A stretch of DNA of 64,000 bases, from contig JAHJQN010000001.1 of the NCBI GenBank assembly GCA_018819225.1, positions 32,001-96,000 on the forward strand, written 5' to 3'. Positions 36,501-46,100 of the stretch are shown here, one piece after another. A model generated the notes under the pieces. That model ran no database searches. It was not told where the DNA came from and was given only the letters and a program-made list of their open reading frames with translations. Each line of letters begins with the position of its first letter. The first letter of the stretch is position 1. Source of the DNA: Candidatus Micrarchaeota archaeon. Lineage in GTDB: Archaea; Micrarchaeota; Micrarchaeia; Norongarragalinales; SBBD01. The translations under genes and the position numbers were made by a program.

Positions 36501-39215
36501 CTTAAGATTGAAGTCGTACGAGCGCGCTTGAAGTTCGGAATGGAACGTGATCTTCAAGTCCGAGGAAAGCACGGCCTTGTTGGCTTTGAAATTCAGGGTG
36601 CCGCCTTGCTTTTGATCCGGGGCAATGGCCACTGGAATGCGTTGGGCATCGGATGAAAGCGCTCCGTTTTCCCCCTCGTCCGCGAATTCCGTGGCATCAG
36701 CTCCCAAGAATTCCGAGTGCGCATTGCGGATGCTGATCGCATCAATACCCGCCGTAGAAAGCACGTCGTAATGAACGGTAAAGTCATCTCCTTTGTCCAC
36801 TTCAAGGGACGTGCGGGAGACGTCGGTACCGCTTTTCAAGTATATGCGCGCACAGAAACTGGCATCCGTATTACAGATCAAGGGAGCAGCCGTAATTTTA
36901 AGTTCTTGAGAAAAGTCTTTTTCTCCGCACGCGACGCGCAGGAACGGCAGGAGTTCCGATGGCGCAGCTTGACCGGCCTCGAATACGGTTTGAACGGGCG
37001 AGGTGACCATCAAGCCGCCCTTGCTCGCATACGCTTTGTAATTGATGCGGAAAGCCGTTGCAGCAGGAGCCTCCGGTTTTACGTAAAGCTTGATCGCCAA
37101 TTCTTTCGATCCCACGAATCCGTCCGGGAAAACCAAATCCTCGGAAACGAATTCAGAGGCATCTTCCTCGTTCGATTCGGAGTAACATGAAGCGGAGTCG
37201 AAAATAGGGGCCGTGTAAAGCACGGGCGCTTCGGAAACCGGTTCTTCAAGAGAAATAAATTCCGCGTTGCTGAGGTGCACGTGAAATCCGACGTTCGTGC
37301 TTTGAGCGGGAGCCGTGACCAAGAACTTTGCGAGGTAATGCTCCGCGTTACCGAGCTCTTCCGCTTTTCCGTTGCGGTTGAACGCGCCCAAGAATTTGAC
37401 GTCCACGCTTTTTCCGAGTGATTCCGACACGAGTTGAAGCTCCAGCAATCTCTGTTCGGAAGGACTCACGGTCAACGGAACGGACGAGGTCTGGTAATAA
37501 CCAGGGGAAGTGGCCACCACGGTAAACTCCTCGAAAGCAGGCACTTCCAAGAAACAATCCTCTTCACCCAAGTCGCACGCGTCAATGATTTGGTCGTTCG
37601 AACTGATGGCGGAAATCGCTCCTTCTTCAATGGGTTCCTCGGTTTCCACATCGAACAGGGACACGTCCACGAAACCGGGCTCGTACTCCAATGCAATGAA
37701 TAGTTCCGCGCCTTCCGCAACGGATACGCGGCTGCTTTCCCCGCTCTTCGTTCCCTTCAAGGCTTTCGCGAACAACTGGTAGGGGCCGCGCATCCCGCTG
37801 GGAACCGTAAACACGGTTTCTCCTTCCGCATCCGAGTACTGGGAAGGTAACCCCAAAAAGAAGCCGTCCCCCGTGAATAAACTAATTTCAGCTCCATCCG
37901 AGGGTTCGAAATCCTCTTCCACGGAAACCAGCATTTCGACGGAATTCTCCTGCGTTTCCTTCATCAAAACGATTTCCTGGGGCTCGGCATCCGCAAAAAA
38001 CTCGCCGTTCGCAGGCAAATACCCGGGCGAGTAAGCCGTAATATGGAACGGGCGCGTGCCCGTCACGTAAAAAACGGCCGCGCCCTTTTCATCCGCGTAA
38101 TCGCGCTGCAACTCTTTCCCCGTCGTATCGAATAAGTGAATGACGGCATCATCGAGCGCCGCATTATCCTCATCAATGACCCGCAAGTCAATGAAACGGC
38201 CTTCCAGCACGCGCTCCAACTGCAAGCGAATATCCAAGGAAGAGATGGAGGCCTGCAACACGTATTCGTCCGTCACTAAAGAGGCAAAATCACCTGTCTT
38301 TTTCACGTCGACGAGGAATCGCGAGCCAATGCGTACATTCTGGAAAAGAGCCGTGCCCGCGTCATCCGTTCGCATGGAGCGAATGATGCGAAGGGTTTGC
38401 GCACTCTTCAAACGCACTTCCGCGTTGGAGACGGGAAGACCGTCGTCTGCGGAAACCAGTTCCACGATGACATCCCCGTAAATGGAGGGTTCCGAAGTAT
38501 CCTCGTCGTCGCGGTCGTCATTGTTGGCGTCATCCTCGTTTTGAAGGGAAATGCGCACCGTGCCGCCGTTTGCTTCAATATCGGCTTTGGTGAAGCTCAT
38601 CAGCTTATCCACGAAACCGGAAGCCGTAACTTTTACCGTGACGTGATTGGGAAGGGAAGGAAGAACAAACGAGGCAATGCCGGAGAACTCGGAGAACCCG
38701 TCGTGGGACGTTCCATCATCCATCGTTAAGGTGACGGATGCACCCGTGATGGCACGTTCATTTTCATCGGCAACAAGCACGGAAAAGAATTCTTTCTGGT
38801 CTTCGAAACTCAGCGGATCGCCCAGCGGAATGTTCGTGGTATCGAAGGAAATGCGTCGGTCGAGCTCGTCAAACACCGCATTCGCGTCGGTTACGCGTAT
38901 TCGAAGGCGCGCTTCAGTTGAAATGCCTTCGAACGAGACTTTTCCTTCATCGTCGGATTTCGATGACGCCAGTTCGTCCTCATCATCGTATAAAACCACA
39001 TTCAATCCCGGAATCGCGTTTCCCTGGGCATCCGTAATGGTGAACGCGACGGTTTGCGTTCCGGGTGCAAAGGATTGGTAGGCGAGGAATGCGATGCCCG
39101 CAATTAATACCAGCACGACGGCGGGAATGAGCACGCGGGGATTGGGAACGCCTTGTTCTTCGAGATTCTCGATAAATTCGTCATATTTTTCCCTGACTTC
39201 TTCGAATGAGGCCAT
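30516..39215 (-). CDS. Giant membrane-anchored surface protein (2899 aa) with distal M23 peptidase and RlpA-like DPBB domains
   Basis: N-terminal TM; repeated carboxypeptidase-regulatory/Ig-like modules; M23 motifs HYGID...YFHM...GNTG.S.GYHLHFE; DPBB motifs ASWFG..MASG..AA...VLDVGPW...GIDLS..AFDALG. Confidence 0.9.
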   Translation of the reverse strand: MASFEEVREKYDEFIENLEEQGVPNPRVLIPAVVLVLIAGIAFLAYQSFAPGTQTVAFTITDAQGNAIPGLNVVLYDDEDELASSKSDDEGKVSFEGISTEARLRIRVTDANAVFDELDRRISFDTTNIPLGDPLSFEDQKEFFSVLVADENERAITGASVTLTMDDGTSHDGFSEFSGIASFVLPSLPNHVTVKVTASGFVDKLMSFTKADIEANGGTVRISLQNEDDANNDDRDDEDTSEPSIYGDVIVELVSADDGLPVSNAEVRLKSAQTLRIIRSMRTDDAGTALFQNVRIGSRFLVDVKKTGDFASLVTDEYVLQASISSLDIRLQLERVLEGRFIDLRVIDEDNAALDDAVIHLFDTTGKELQRDYADEKGAAVFYVTGTRPFHITAYSPGYLPANGEFFADAEPQEIVLMKETQENSVEMLVSVEEDFEPSDGAEISLFTGDGFFLGLPSQYSDAEGETVFTVPSGMRGPYQLFAKALKGTKSGESSRVSVAEGAELFIALEYEPGFVDVSLFDVETEEPIEEGAISAISSNDQIIDACDLGEEDCFLEVPAFEEFTVVATSPGYYQTSSVPLTVSPSEQRLLELQLVSESLGKSVDVKFLGAFNRNGKAEELGNAEHYLAKFLVTAPAQSTNVGFHVHLSNAEFISLEEPVSEAPVLYTAPIFDSASCYSESNEEDASEFVSEDLVFPDGFVGSKELAIKLYVKPEAPAATAFRINYKAYASKGGLMVTSPVQTVFEAGQAAPSELLPFLRVACGEKDFSQELKITAAPLICNTDASFCARIYLKSGTDVSRTSLEVDKGDDFTVHYDVLSTAGIDAISIRNAHSEFLGADATEFADEGENGALSSDAQRIPVAIAPDQKQGGTLNFKANKAVLSSDLKITFHSELQARSYDFNLKIRGSNAMQTSVSPLSLFVGEEKKIKINVIDEQGNGVEDAFITLYDCDQAPLAGEEPEVMGDGSRDTGERGSYRVSANPSNLGKIGVRVEHPDFRTFDACLIEVAPQDDSLELSPSFFEFNGDSSDPEPQRLTISSALGVKSSLNVYSNCFANDVPVLVMLPNSFNNFRDSENVDVSLLPDTTAKTFCSITAEQRISSRYTIVQSASVRIDVKGPVVDEIESTPTPTPTAVPDFPPVPNVVYLSLDQYGYADSYFSLHELGEVTSCTLTGPQDFLSGVQIDCTPDIVQFSADFSGQELSGGLRLVGRARLSLPDRPTRLITVIALKGAVVTAEPTDHGTPTLEPGECNQAVCPSTGTRLECCDTSYNQAFEFEECTSNTAWMLYTNQITLLEACSAPEPLCVIGVDPQVISEAGEILVSLNYYDLESPANVIAVNCGNGRTENAIGCTGSTGACTTTCYYSEAGTYEINAELPDVSCLNSMVEFLEGEGPTVTGTPTAIPEPDNPAIRNPVYLYLDENGFADAAYRFDRGEIVSCELRGPPEIREYLTLDCLTHTVVLTADYSQYEELTNKFRGKGSIVIQGGELQKTYTLVVSGARIPSPECKANPSRPGCPTPPSPYDPLPSSIPFDVDPHNRYFEYMFGLNALGEPVIGCEVHGLEPSIASWIQLQYCSAEDQRVRVMADFSGQDVYQRIIMASYQNNPYCAQHYGTPTSAGGSYTGNMPYAYAYGVGRPNDYPSADPYSYGADRMFQQSNYPQGYGAQYTPFYQNNPYASYPQGGVYDRYYNFPLQYSFYNQQNTYGYQMGMQFASGLPSTCIPQPLQGFLVISLESGITRRIPLIITARGVQPVGPPIPPQPYQPEDISRINSVMRVVVDPFSLNRLSETSRSFEGTDTPNCKLGFEESLFTRIQQGVTQRGGNAPQPSSSSSTYQPAVSLNLDSGIEAEELCRRDGSRLFYQLYVDLERASINARELQPGVALNRKEDAYVIEDYPRYGSQQLTPIVVQLGSRSQYDLEPFGGPLAFLLTSKNADIDASKDGKFKVTDDLLTNCQPSGLEDGDVEIQLLDGLPSRVDMDAEFKSGYFILEEETYSPASKEDDGAVQLTVPPKDATVNCNAVNGRYSSELHFASFADKTSTTIIGFKLEDYAVPMLGAFPNLPPEKHYVCELISKNNKVRSMVNKYRDLEDLETGEQDFDVFGCKIEDGKLLIQVDYERLSTETAESTAIKQLSDTFEDPLTLRVAVVTDSSASSLKSRKEYQTTRELGTVNVIVERKPIGAQYGLDEIQLKVTQGFVKNPTDDFVTVKESEELKPLLVLSMAEVQGEACSVRSNGYYTWPTTEFCMISSNGQFGMRTLDGERKMHYGIDIAADRGSPVLSAAAGTVQTAAYSDSAGFNVVLRHDNGDITKYFHMQDGLTVREGHHIDRGTKLGIVGNTGHSKGYHLHFEWHENGKAVDPESKFSETPSLLQFTGTFPDGDDAYAGKRNVRIYRNCEFESGDTINSVETCDSENLLEPDENLERRASFTYPLAPLNAKTGERLLLYAGYLDAPYNHQLYLPLIIVNPHDIEQGNIPDNMRRYVREEDGKWVTTAATANGPDKLLFVPSVEEKEEVQKKFDKSEKLPGVWHSGIKASWFGCEKNEEMASGKMSKEVDKYAALPSTRALNTEIEVQNDEGNSVFLTVLDVGPWYTDDHEYVLDETSTVRPKAELMHPEDRKTNGAGIDLSCDAFDALGFKRDDGLRVVRWRFKSERIVSTPTDETAIPEGPPAGIVAPGLKEGDGIYEELRVGSEVVLDNGLRVKIKSFNRGGFRVQCVQFDLYYSDTKTVDGRVCQPSIYGSDWFDSEDLVKIRWEKAPGYNEGYVTLGLYSLGYSKGSTIDRTCPKDQRACVFTFKKFGPMKEARFSNGYQLKVRNLDSRQGIDATTLDFTLSCPDGLKIEDNRIYGTRSFSTIFGKRTVRSWTDKQKSITINWIENDPGKGTVMLELVTLGDHSCPKTS

Positions 39216-39289
39216 GAAGGGACTAATGCGTTGACGCGTTTAAAACCCTTATCCTTTTTAAATCTCGAGAGGAAGAATTGTTGCTCAAT

Positions 39290-39408
39290 AGCCCCGTCGT
39301 ATAGTGGTCAAGTACTTCAGCCTCTGGAGTTCATTTTCAATGCAATTTAATTGCTTGAGAAAGAGCAGGAGAAAGCTGAAAACAGCGGTTCGAATCCGCT
39401 CGGGGCTA
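39290..39408 (+). tRNA. tRNA-Gln(CTG) with a 46-nt intron at 37/38 (39328-39373)
   Basis: Acceptor AGCCCCG/CGGGGCT (A1-U72, typical of archaeal tRNA-Gln); anticodon stem TCAGC/GCTGA with CTG at 39324-39326; T-arm AGCGG-TTCGAAT-CCGCT; relaxed bulge-helix-bulge CTCT/GGAG; no encoded CCA. Confidence 0.92.
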
Positions 39409-39456
39409 CTTAATCATTTCTTTGGTCGGGCTTTCTTTCTAAGAAAGGTCGTTCAA

Positions 39457-39472
39457 AATCCGCTCGGGGCTA
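39457..39472 (+). repeat. 16-bp direct repeat of the tRNA-Gln 3' end (att-like scar)
   Basis: AATCCGCTCGGGGCTA, identical to 39393-39408. Confidence 0.8.
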
Positions 39473-39545
39473 TTCAAATTCTGACTTCGGGCCGGCTACC
39501 AATTATTATTAATCCCTCTCGCGTGACTGTTTCGGGTGCTCGCAC

Positions 39546-40088
39546 ATGAAAGTAGGCTTCCTGGACTCGATTTTCAATTACGCGGATGTTTTTGAGACCG
39601 CTGCGGATACGCTGCATGAAAAAATCGCGAATTGTTCCGTAGAACGCTTTACGACGCCGCATTTGCTGAAGATTCCGGTTTGCAGCAAGCTGCTTTTTGA
39701 TAAAGGCTGTGATGCAATACTCGTGTTCTTGACCGCGCTTCCGGACGATTTCGACGAGATCCGGTTGGTGCAGGAGAAGATCATTGATTTGGAGGTAGCG
39801 GAAAAAAAGTTCGTGTTCTTCACGGTTGTGAGCGACTCGGAGTTTAAGAATGAGGAGCGTTTGATTGAGTTGACGAAGGAGCGCGTGGCCATTATTGCGG
39901 ATGCGCTTCAGAAAGTGGTGCAGGCGCCTTCCGAACTCGCCGGGAACATTGCGGACAACAGCATGACGAACGCGATGGACATGTTTTCCGTTCCTTCGGC
40001 GGAGACTCAAGACCCGTTGTCCAGCGATTCAGCGGAGGACGCAATGAGTTCGGTTCTCGGGGAAGAAGAAGGGAAGAGCTTGTTTTAA
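39546..40088 (+). CDS. Divergent archaeal riboflavin synthase (RibC, lumazine-synthase fold)-like protein with acidic tail
   Basis: MKVGFLDSIF..D...R.T.P....P...K.L...GCD aligns by eye with methanogen RibC (KVGIVDTTFARVD...TVPG..DLP...KKL...GCD). The C-terminal GLRQG is absent. Confidence 0.65.
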   Translation: MKVGFLDSIFNYADVFETAADTLHEKIANCSVERFTTPHLLKIPVCSKLLFDKGCDAILVFLTALPDDFDEIRLVQEKIIDLEVAEKKFVFFTVVSDSEFKNEERLIELTKERVAIIADALQKVVQAPSELAGNIADNSMTNAMDMFSVPSAETQDPLSSDSAEDAMSSVLGEEEGKSLF

Positions 40089-40115
40089 AATGCTCGTACG
40101 AATACGATTCCCAAA

Positions 40116-43100
40116 CTACTTGCATTGTTTGAAACCGTCGTAACGATCGTATGACGAGGGGTAACCCTGATCCGTGCAACAGCCATTCGTTCCGCAGGCA
40201 TTATGCCCGTTATGACACCATGCACTTTCTCCCCATGGAACGAATGAAAATACGTTCGGGTAATTGTCAATGTTGTAGGGAAGAACGATGTCAAAGGAAG
40301 CGCTACGCGTTTTCTTCCCAGCCAACCCGCAGCTTCCTCCGCTTTTACCCCATCGAGCTAAACGAGACAAGTACACACTTAGGAATTGATTGGAATTCTG
40401 GGACGCCGGATGAACCATAAACCAGTAGTTCGTATTATATTGCATGTTTCCCATACCGTCATCAATATTCAGGAATCCCATTTTTCTCCAGTCAGAAGTA
40501 ACATCGACCGTCTTAAAGTGTTCGAACTCGTCTCCATCCGTCTTTGGTTTTCGAATTGGATGATCCGCTCCCCTATAGTCGGGAACAATGGGCCACTCGA
40601 AGGCGAAACAGTTCGTCTGCAAATTATCGAATTCATTTCGTAAAGCTCCCGTGCCCCAGGTTCCGCCTGGCGTGATTCCAGCTGCTGCAGGATCAAACAA
40701 GTTGCATGCCTTAACGGCACCGCACGGATCATCGTCCCCGCTTCCTCCTTCGGGCGCGCCGTCATCCGTCCAGTAACGCGGATAATTCGTTTGGAGCATC
40801 AAGGGATCGATATGGTACTTGTATTGGCCGCTGTACTGCCATACCTCTCCATCTTGGGAACGCGTTTGCAGGTTGTAGACACCCAAGCGCGCCGTACAAC
40901 GGGGATTATCGTTGCGTAACTGATTGACGTTCGTGGAATAATCGACGTCATGCAGGTCTTGAAGTGCATTGAATAATTCGTTTCCGGATGCCTGGAAGGC
41001 CATGGAAAACTCGAAGGGTTTGGCTGCCGGACTGTTCACGAAATACTTGTACGGAGATTGCGGGTCGATTTCAAACGCATCCACTAAAATTTCGTGGAGA
41101 GCCGTTTCATTCAACCACGTAAACACGTAAATGGGTTCGAGTTCGACGGTCTTGTATCCGTCGGGACGGCATTCGCTGCACAAACCGACGTCTCCGCAGT
41201 AATCATTGGATTCTAGAACGTCTTTTCCTTCGCACGGAATGTAGCAGTTACCATTTTCTTCACTGATTTGACAATCGAATGGAAGGAATTCCGGGGGTTC
41301 GTCGTCGGGTCCGCTGGCGGGAATTTCCCGGAAGAAACTGAACGAACCGGAGGCGGGGGGGTGGGCGGCTACGCATTCAAAAGTGTACTCGTACTGGGAT
41401 GGAGAATTGGGGTCATAGTCGGGATCTCCAGGACAGTTGCCGATGCATTCTTCATGGATATTGCAATCCACTCCCAGCATGAATTGGGGGGTAGCCGTAT
41501 CATCGACCATCGCGCAGTAATCAGTCGTGGAAACCAGATCGCATTCGATGCCGTTATTATCATCACAACGGATGTCGCAATAATCGAGTTCCGCGGCGGT
41601 TGGATTCTGCCCGTACGTATTCGCGTACGTATCGTGACAGAACGTGCACGGCGCTTCAATGGTTCCCGTATCCACGATCAAGTCCTGCCAATCCTCGACC
41701 AAGGAACGGCAAATATCGGTGTTGAAGTAATCCGCGGGCACAAGCTCATCGGCCGGTTTAGTGCACCAAATGGAATAACCATAGGCTCTCCGGAATGCGG
41801 TCTTTCGAGAGACCTCGCGCGCGTAATCCGTAAAGTCGTCTAACACGTTTTTCATGTATTGAACTTCGTCAAGGTCTTCTTCGGGATTCGGAGGCAACTC
41901 GTCGGGATGATCCACGTAACATTGAAGAGAGCACTGATTTCGTTGCCAGCTACACGTACCACGATGTGCGTCCGGTTGGTCCATACATTCTAGGAAATCA
42001 GCATCACATCCTGCAAGACAGCGTTCCAAATCGGTTTGCCAGCCCGCGCCATAGTATGCGTCAAGCGCCGCCTGCTGGTGGATTTTTCGGGACAGACTTT
42101 CTTCGGCATAAGGGACGGTTACCGTTTTAATTTTGGGCGTGCGATCTCCAGCGACCACATTGCTTCGTGGGTTTAAGTACGCGCCAAACGACGATTCATC
42201 GTCCTTGTTCCAAGTAAACAGGGAAGTTCTTCCTTGATCGGAACGGTACGCCGTCGGTCCCTCGAACAAATATTTGTTTCCGGACGGAACGTATTGACCG
42301 ACTTTGACGATGTCGCCTTGTCCCTTCAACTGGCGGTTATCAGTAACGTAAACGGTTCGAAGCGGGGACTCGGACTCGCGGTTGTAATCATAATATGAAT
42401 AGGGATGCGGAATGATTCCGGTATAGGCATCCTTATATCCAATAGTCGAAATGTCAATGGCGGGAACGGATTCAACCGTACTTCCTTTAACGATTTCGAT
42501 GTCGATGGTCTTGAGAACTTCTCCGTTCAATTCGCATTTTACTTGCATCTCCACATTTCCTTCCAATAATTCCATGGAATGGGAATTGAACGCGCATCCT
42601 GCATCATTCGTGGGATGGTAGCGAATCGCATCTCCGCCCATGCCCGTTCCCATGACAAAGCACGTGTGCACGGGTTTTTGCAGATCGCCGTCCTTGTAGA
42701 ACTTGATGTAACTGGTTCCTTCGCACAAACCGGGTTTGTACAAGCCGGAAAAGTCGGCTTTGATGGCGTCAGCCGGGAAGATCGAGTCGACTTGGAACAC
42801 TATTTTTTCGCAACTGCTTTCAATGTACGGGCCGCGCGGGCCGTTGATTGCAACTAAAGTTAATTCGTTGCAGGAAAGGTAGTTCTCAAGAGGAGAAGGA
42901 TTGCGTTGCGGCGTTCCTTCCATTACGGCAAGATGCGTCGGGAATTCCGTGATGCGGGTGGGATTTTCTGGATCATAAAATCGTGCAGTGAACGCGACGC
43001 GCGTCGTTGGCTCCCAAGGCGTTGCGAAAAGCGTTCCCGTCAAACAATCCGGATTATTCAAAGGAATTTCAATGGAGTCTTCCCCAATGTCGATAGATTG

Positions 43101-46100
43101 ACCGCCGCCGCACAGTCCATGCGTGAAGCGTAAGAAGGGATATGGACGGGCATCGAAATCGAACGTGAGAATCTGGGAATCGCCGAGTTGGTATGGCTCG
43201 ATCACGTACCGGATCCGGAGCTGGCGTTCATCACAACGTTCGGAATCACAGTTCTTCATGCTGTGCGCCTCGAACCCCGGCCCGCCTCGTCCGTTCGTAG
43301 GTACCAACTGGCACGAACCGGTTTGCGATTGATCGGGATCCGTGCACTGTTGATATTGAGAGAAGTAAATCGTGATGCAGTTGCCGAAACGGCAGAGCGT
43401 GTTGCCGACCTCGCATGCTCCAATGTTATCGTCCGGAACGCTTCCGCCGAACGGGTCTTGTCCGAAAGAGGCATTGAGGGTATCGCAAACCAAGTCGTCG
43501 GAAACGCAGGAGTCGCTTCCGCAGCATGGACCGGTCTCGTAACCGCACGCAGAACAAATTCCGAGGGGAATGGTTTCATCGGATACAATACAACGGAAGT
43601 TCGTATTGTCGCAGGGTTGAGGAGCATTGGGATCGCATAATTGGTTGTTGCCGCCAAGCTCGCAGTGCTCGCCATCGCAGGTTTTGCACGCGGGATCGTT
43701 ATTGAGGTTGACGGAATCGCAGTACTCGTTGATTTCGCAGTATGGATCGCATTGGCGGATGTCATTGCATGCGTTTTCCAAGACGCACTCGCCGGCATGG
43801 GAACCAGAACCGCAGCAAACGGTTTCGCCTAGACATTCATTTTCAGAGGATCCGCAGAACGTGGGCGATGCGCAGATGCGCCCATCGGGATCCGAGGGGC
43901 CCCAGCACTGGTAGCCGGCACCGCACGCGGGACCAAAGTCACAGCATTGCTGACCGAATTCCCCGCAATCCACACAATACGCATCCTGGTTGCACAATAA
44001 GAATTGGTCGCAGGCATTGGCTTGCCGGCAGTATTGGTCTAATGCGGAACAAATGGGTTCTGCATCCTTGCATCTTCCATTTACGCCAGTGGAATCGCAG
44101 TACTCGTCTTCCAAGTCACATACGGGAGTGCATTCTGACACCGTGAAACCTCCAGTACATTGAGCTGCAGGAGTACACGATTTGGCACCACCGGACTCGC
44201 AGCAGACTTCATTATCTTGACAAGCTTCAGATGAATCTCCGCAAACAGTAGGATAAGTGCAAGATCCTCCGATGCATTGCATCCAGTAATCACAAGGATC
44301 GGCTCCAGAACAACACGCTTCCGAGAATCCTCCGCATTCCGTTGGCGGTGGTCCGACGTCTTCCACGCATTCCACTAAATCGGGATCGCAGTGGAAACCG
44401 GGATCGCATATCTCGATGTCGTCACACGTAATGTCCCTGCAGACCCATCCATCACAAAGCTGGTTTTCCTCGCAATCCGTGCTGACCAAGCACTGGTACC
44501 ATTCAGGCGCGCAAACTCCTTCCGCGCAAACAAACGTTTCGTTATTCATCCACTCTCTGCACTGCTCATTGGTTGAGCATTCGGGAATGTCGACGCATAC
44601 GCCGCGCACGTAAGGCGGTTGGTCATCGCGTTGGATGCACCGGTAATCCGGCGAGTAACCGTATTCGGGACTGATGCATTGCTCGGTTTGATAGCATTCC
44701 TCGCAGAAGTTGGCGCCATTACAGTAATAGTTGGGACCAAAGGTTCCGCAATCCGCGCTTTCCGTGCATTCGAGTTCCAAGGGCGCGCAAACATTCTCAG
44801 TTGTGCAGAACTCATCAGTACTGCACGTGCGATGCGAGTCGTCGCAATAAAAGTCGGCGCAGAAAAGCTGGAACATGGGATGGTTCATTGGAAGCGTGGA
44901 GCAGTGCACGCAAGCCGCTTCTGTTGGAGGTCCCAGGAATACCTGACAGAAGTCTTGATTGTTGGCTGCTTGGCATGCGGGATCGCATTCGAAAGGTCCG
45001 AGGATGCACGCGTTGAGATCCGTGGTGCAAGTGAGCCCGCCTTGCGTCAAACAACACTCTTCTTCTCCGGAACAAACGTCGTTTCCGCACGCAATGCGTT
45101 CCGCGCAAATACTATCCGATGTACAGAAGAGATTGTCGCCTTCGCAGATGGAGCGCTCGCTTTGGTCTTGGGCAATGGGACAACAGTCTTGGCCTTCTTG
45201 ACCGCACTCCTGGCAAATGCTTCCTTCCGGATAATGCGGGCAATAAAATTGCTGGCCGCCTTCGGGTTCGCAGTAAAGCGTTCCGAACACGTTGCAATAG
45301 CCGGGACAAACGTCTCCGATTTGATCAGGGTTCTCGCGCAATAAATCGGCGCACGGAGCGCATGAAGCCGGTAGTTCGGTGGCATCGCAATACGTTATTC
45401 CGGTGCAGGGAGGTTCGCATGAAGATAATACGCCGTCGCAAGCCGCTTCGTTGGCAACGCACTCGCCTTCACCCGTCTGTTCGTCCGTAATGCAGCAAAG
45501 CGGAACGTCGGGAGTGCAAATTTCTTGGGAGATTCCGCAGACTGTTGGGGTAGTGCAAACATATCCGTGCTGCGAGTCTTGGCAGGTAAGCGGCGCGTCG
45601 CAAACGTTTCCGGGACAACAGGCTTCATCCATTCCGCCGCACGTCCCGCACTGGCCGTTCACGCACTCTAAGCCAAGCGAACACGAGTCGCCGGCGCAAC
45701 ACGCTTGATTGTCCTGTCCGCAAGGCGTGCAGGTTCCCAGCTCGCTGCCGGGATTCTGTAAACAAATGTAGCCGGAAGGACACGCGTTTTGTTCTGATGG
45801 ATCGCACATGCCGCCGGGCTCTCCGAGAGGGCAGTGCTCGGCATCGCACGCGCGGCATAATGGGTTCTCCAAATCGGATGCGTCGCAGTATTGGTCTTCG
45901 GAACATAAGGGATCGCAAATAACGGGATCATTGCAAACGGAATGCAGCGTGCATTGTCCGAGGTATTCCTCGTCTTTGCAGCAAACCGTTGCGCCAACGC
46001 ACGCATTTTCTTGCGAGCCGCAGAATGTTGCAGAAGTACATTGGTTTCCAATGCACTGCATCGTATCAGAGCAAGCGTCCGAGGGATTGCTTTCGCTCCA

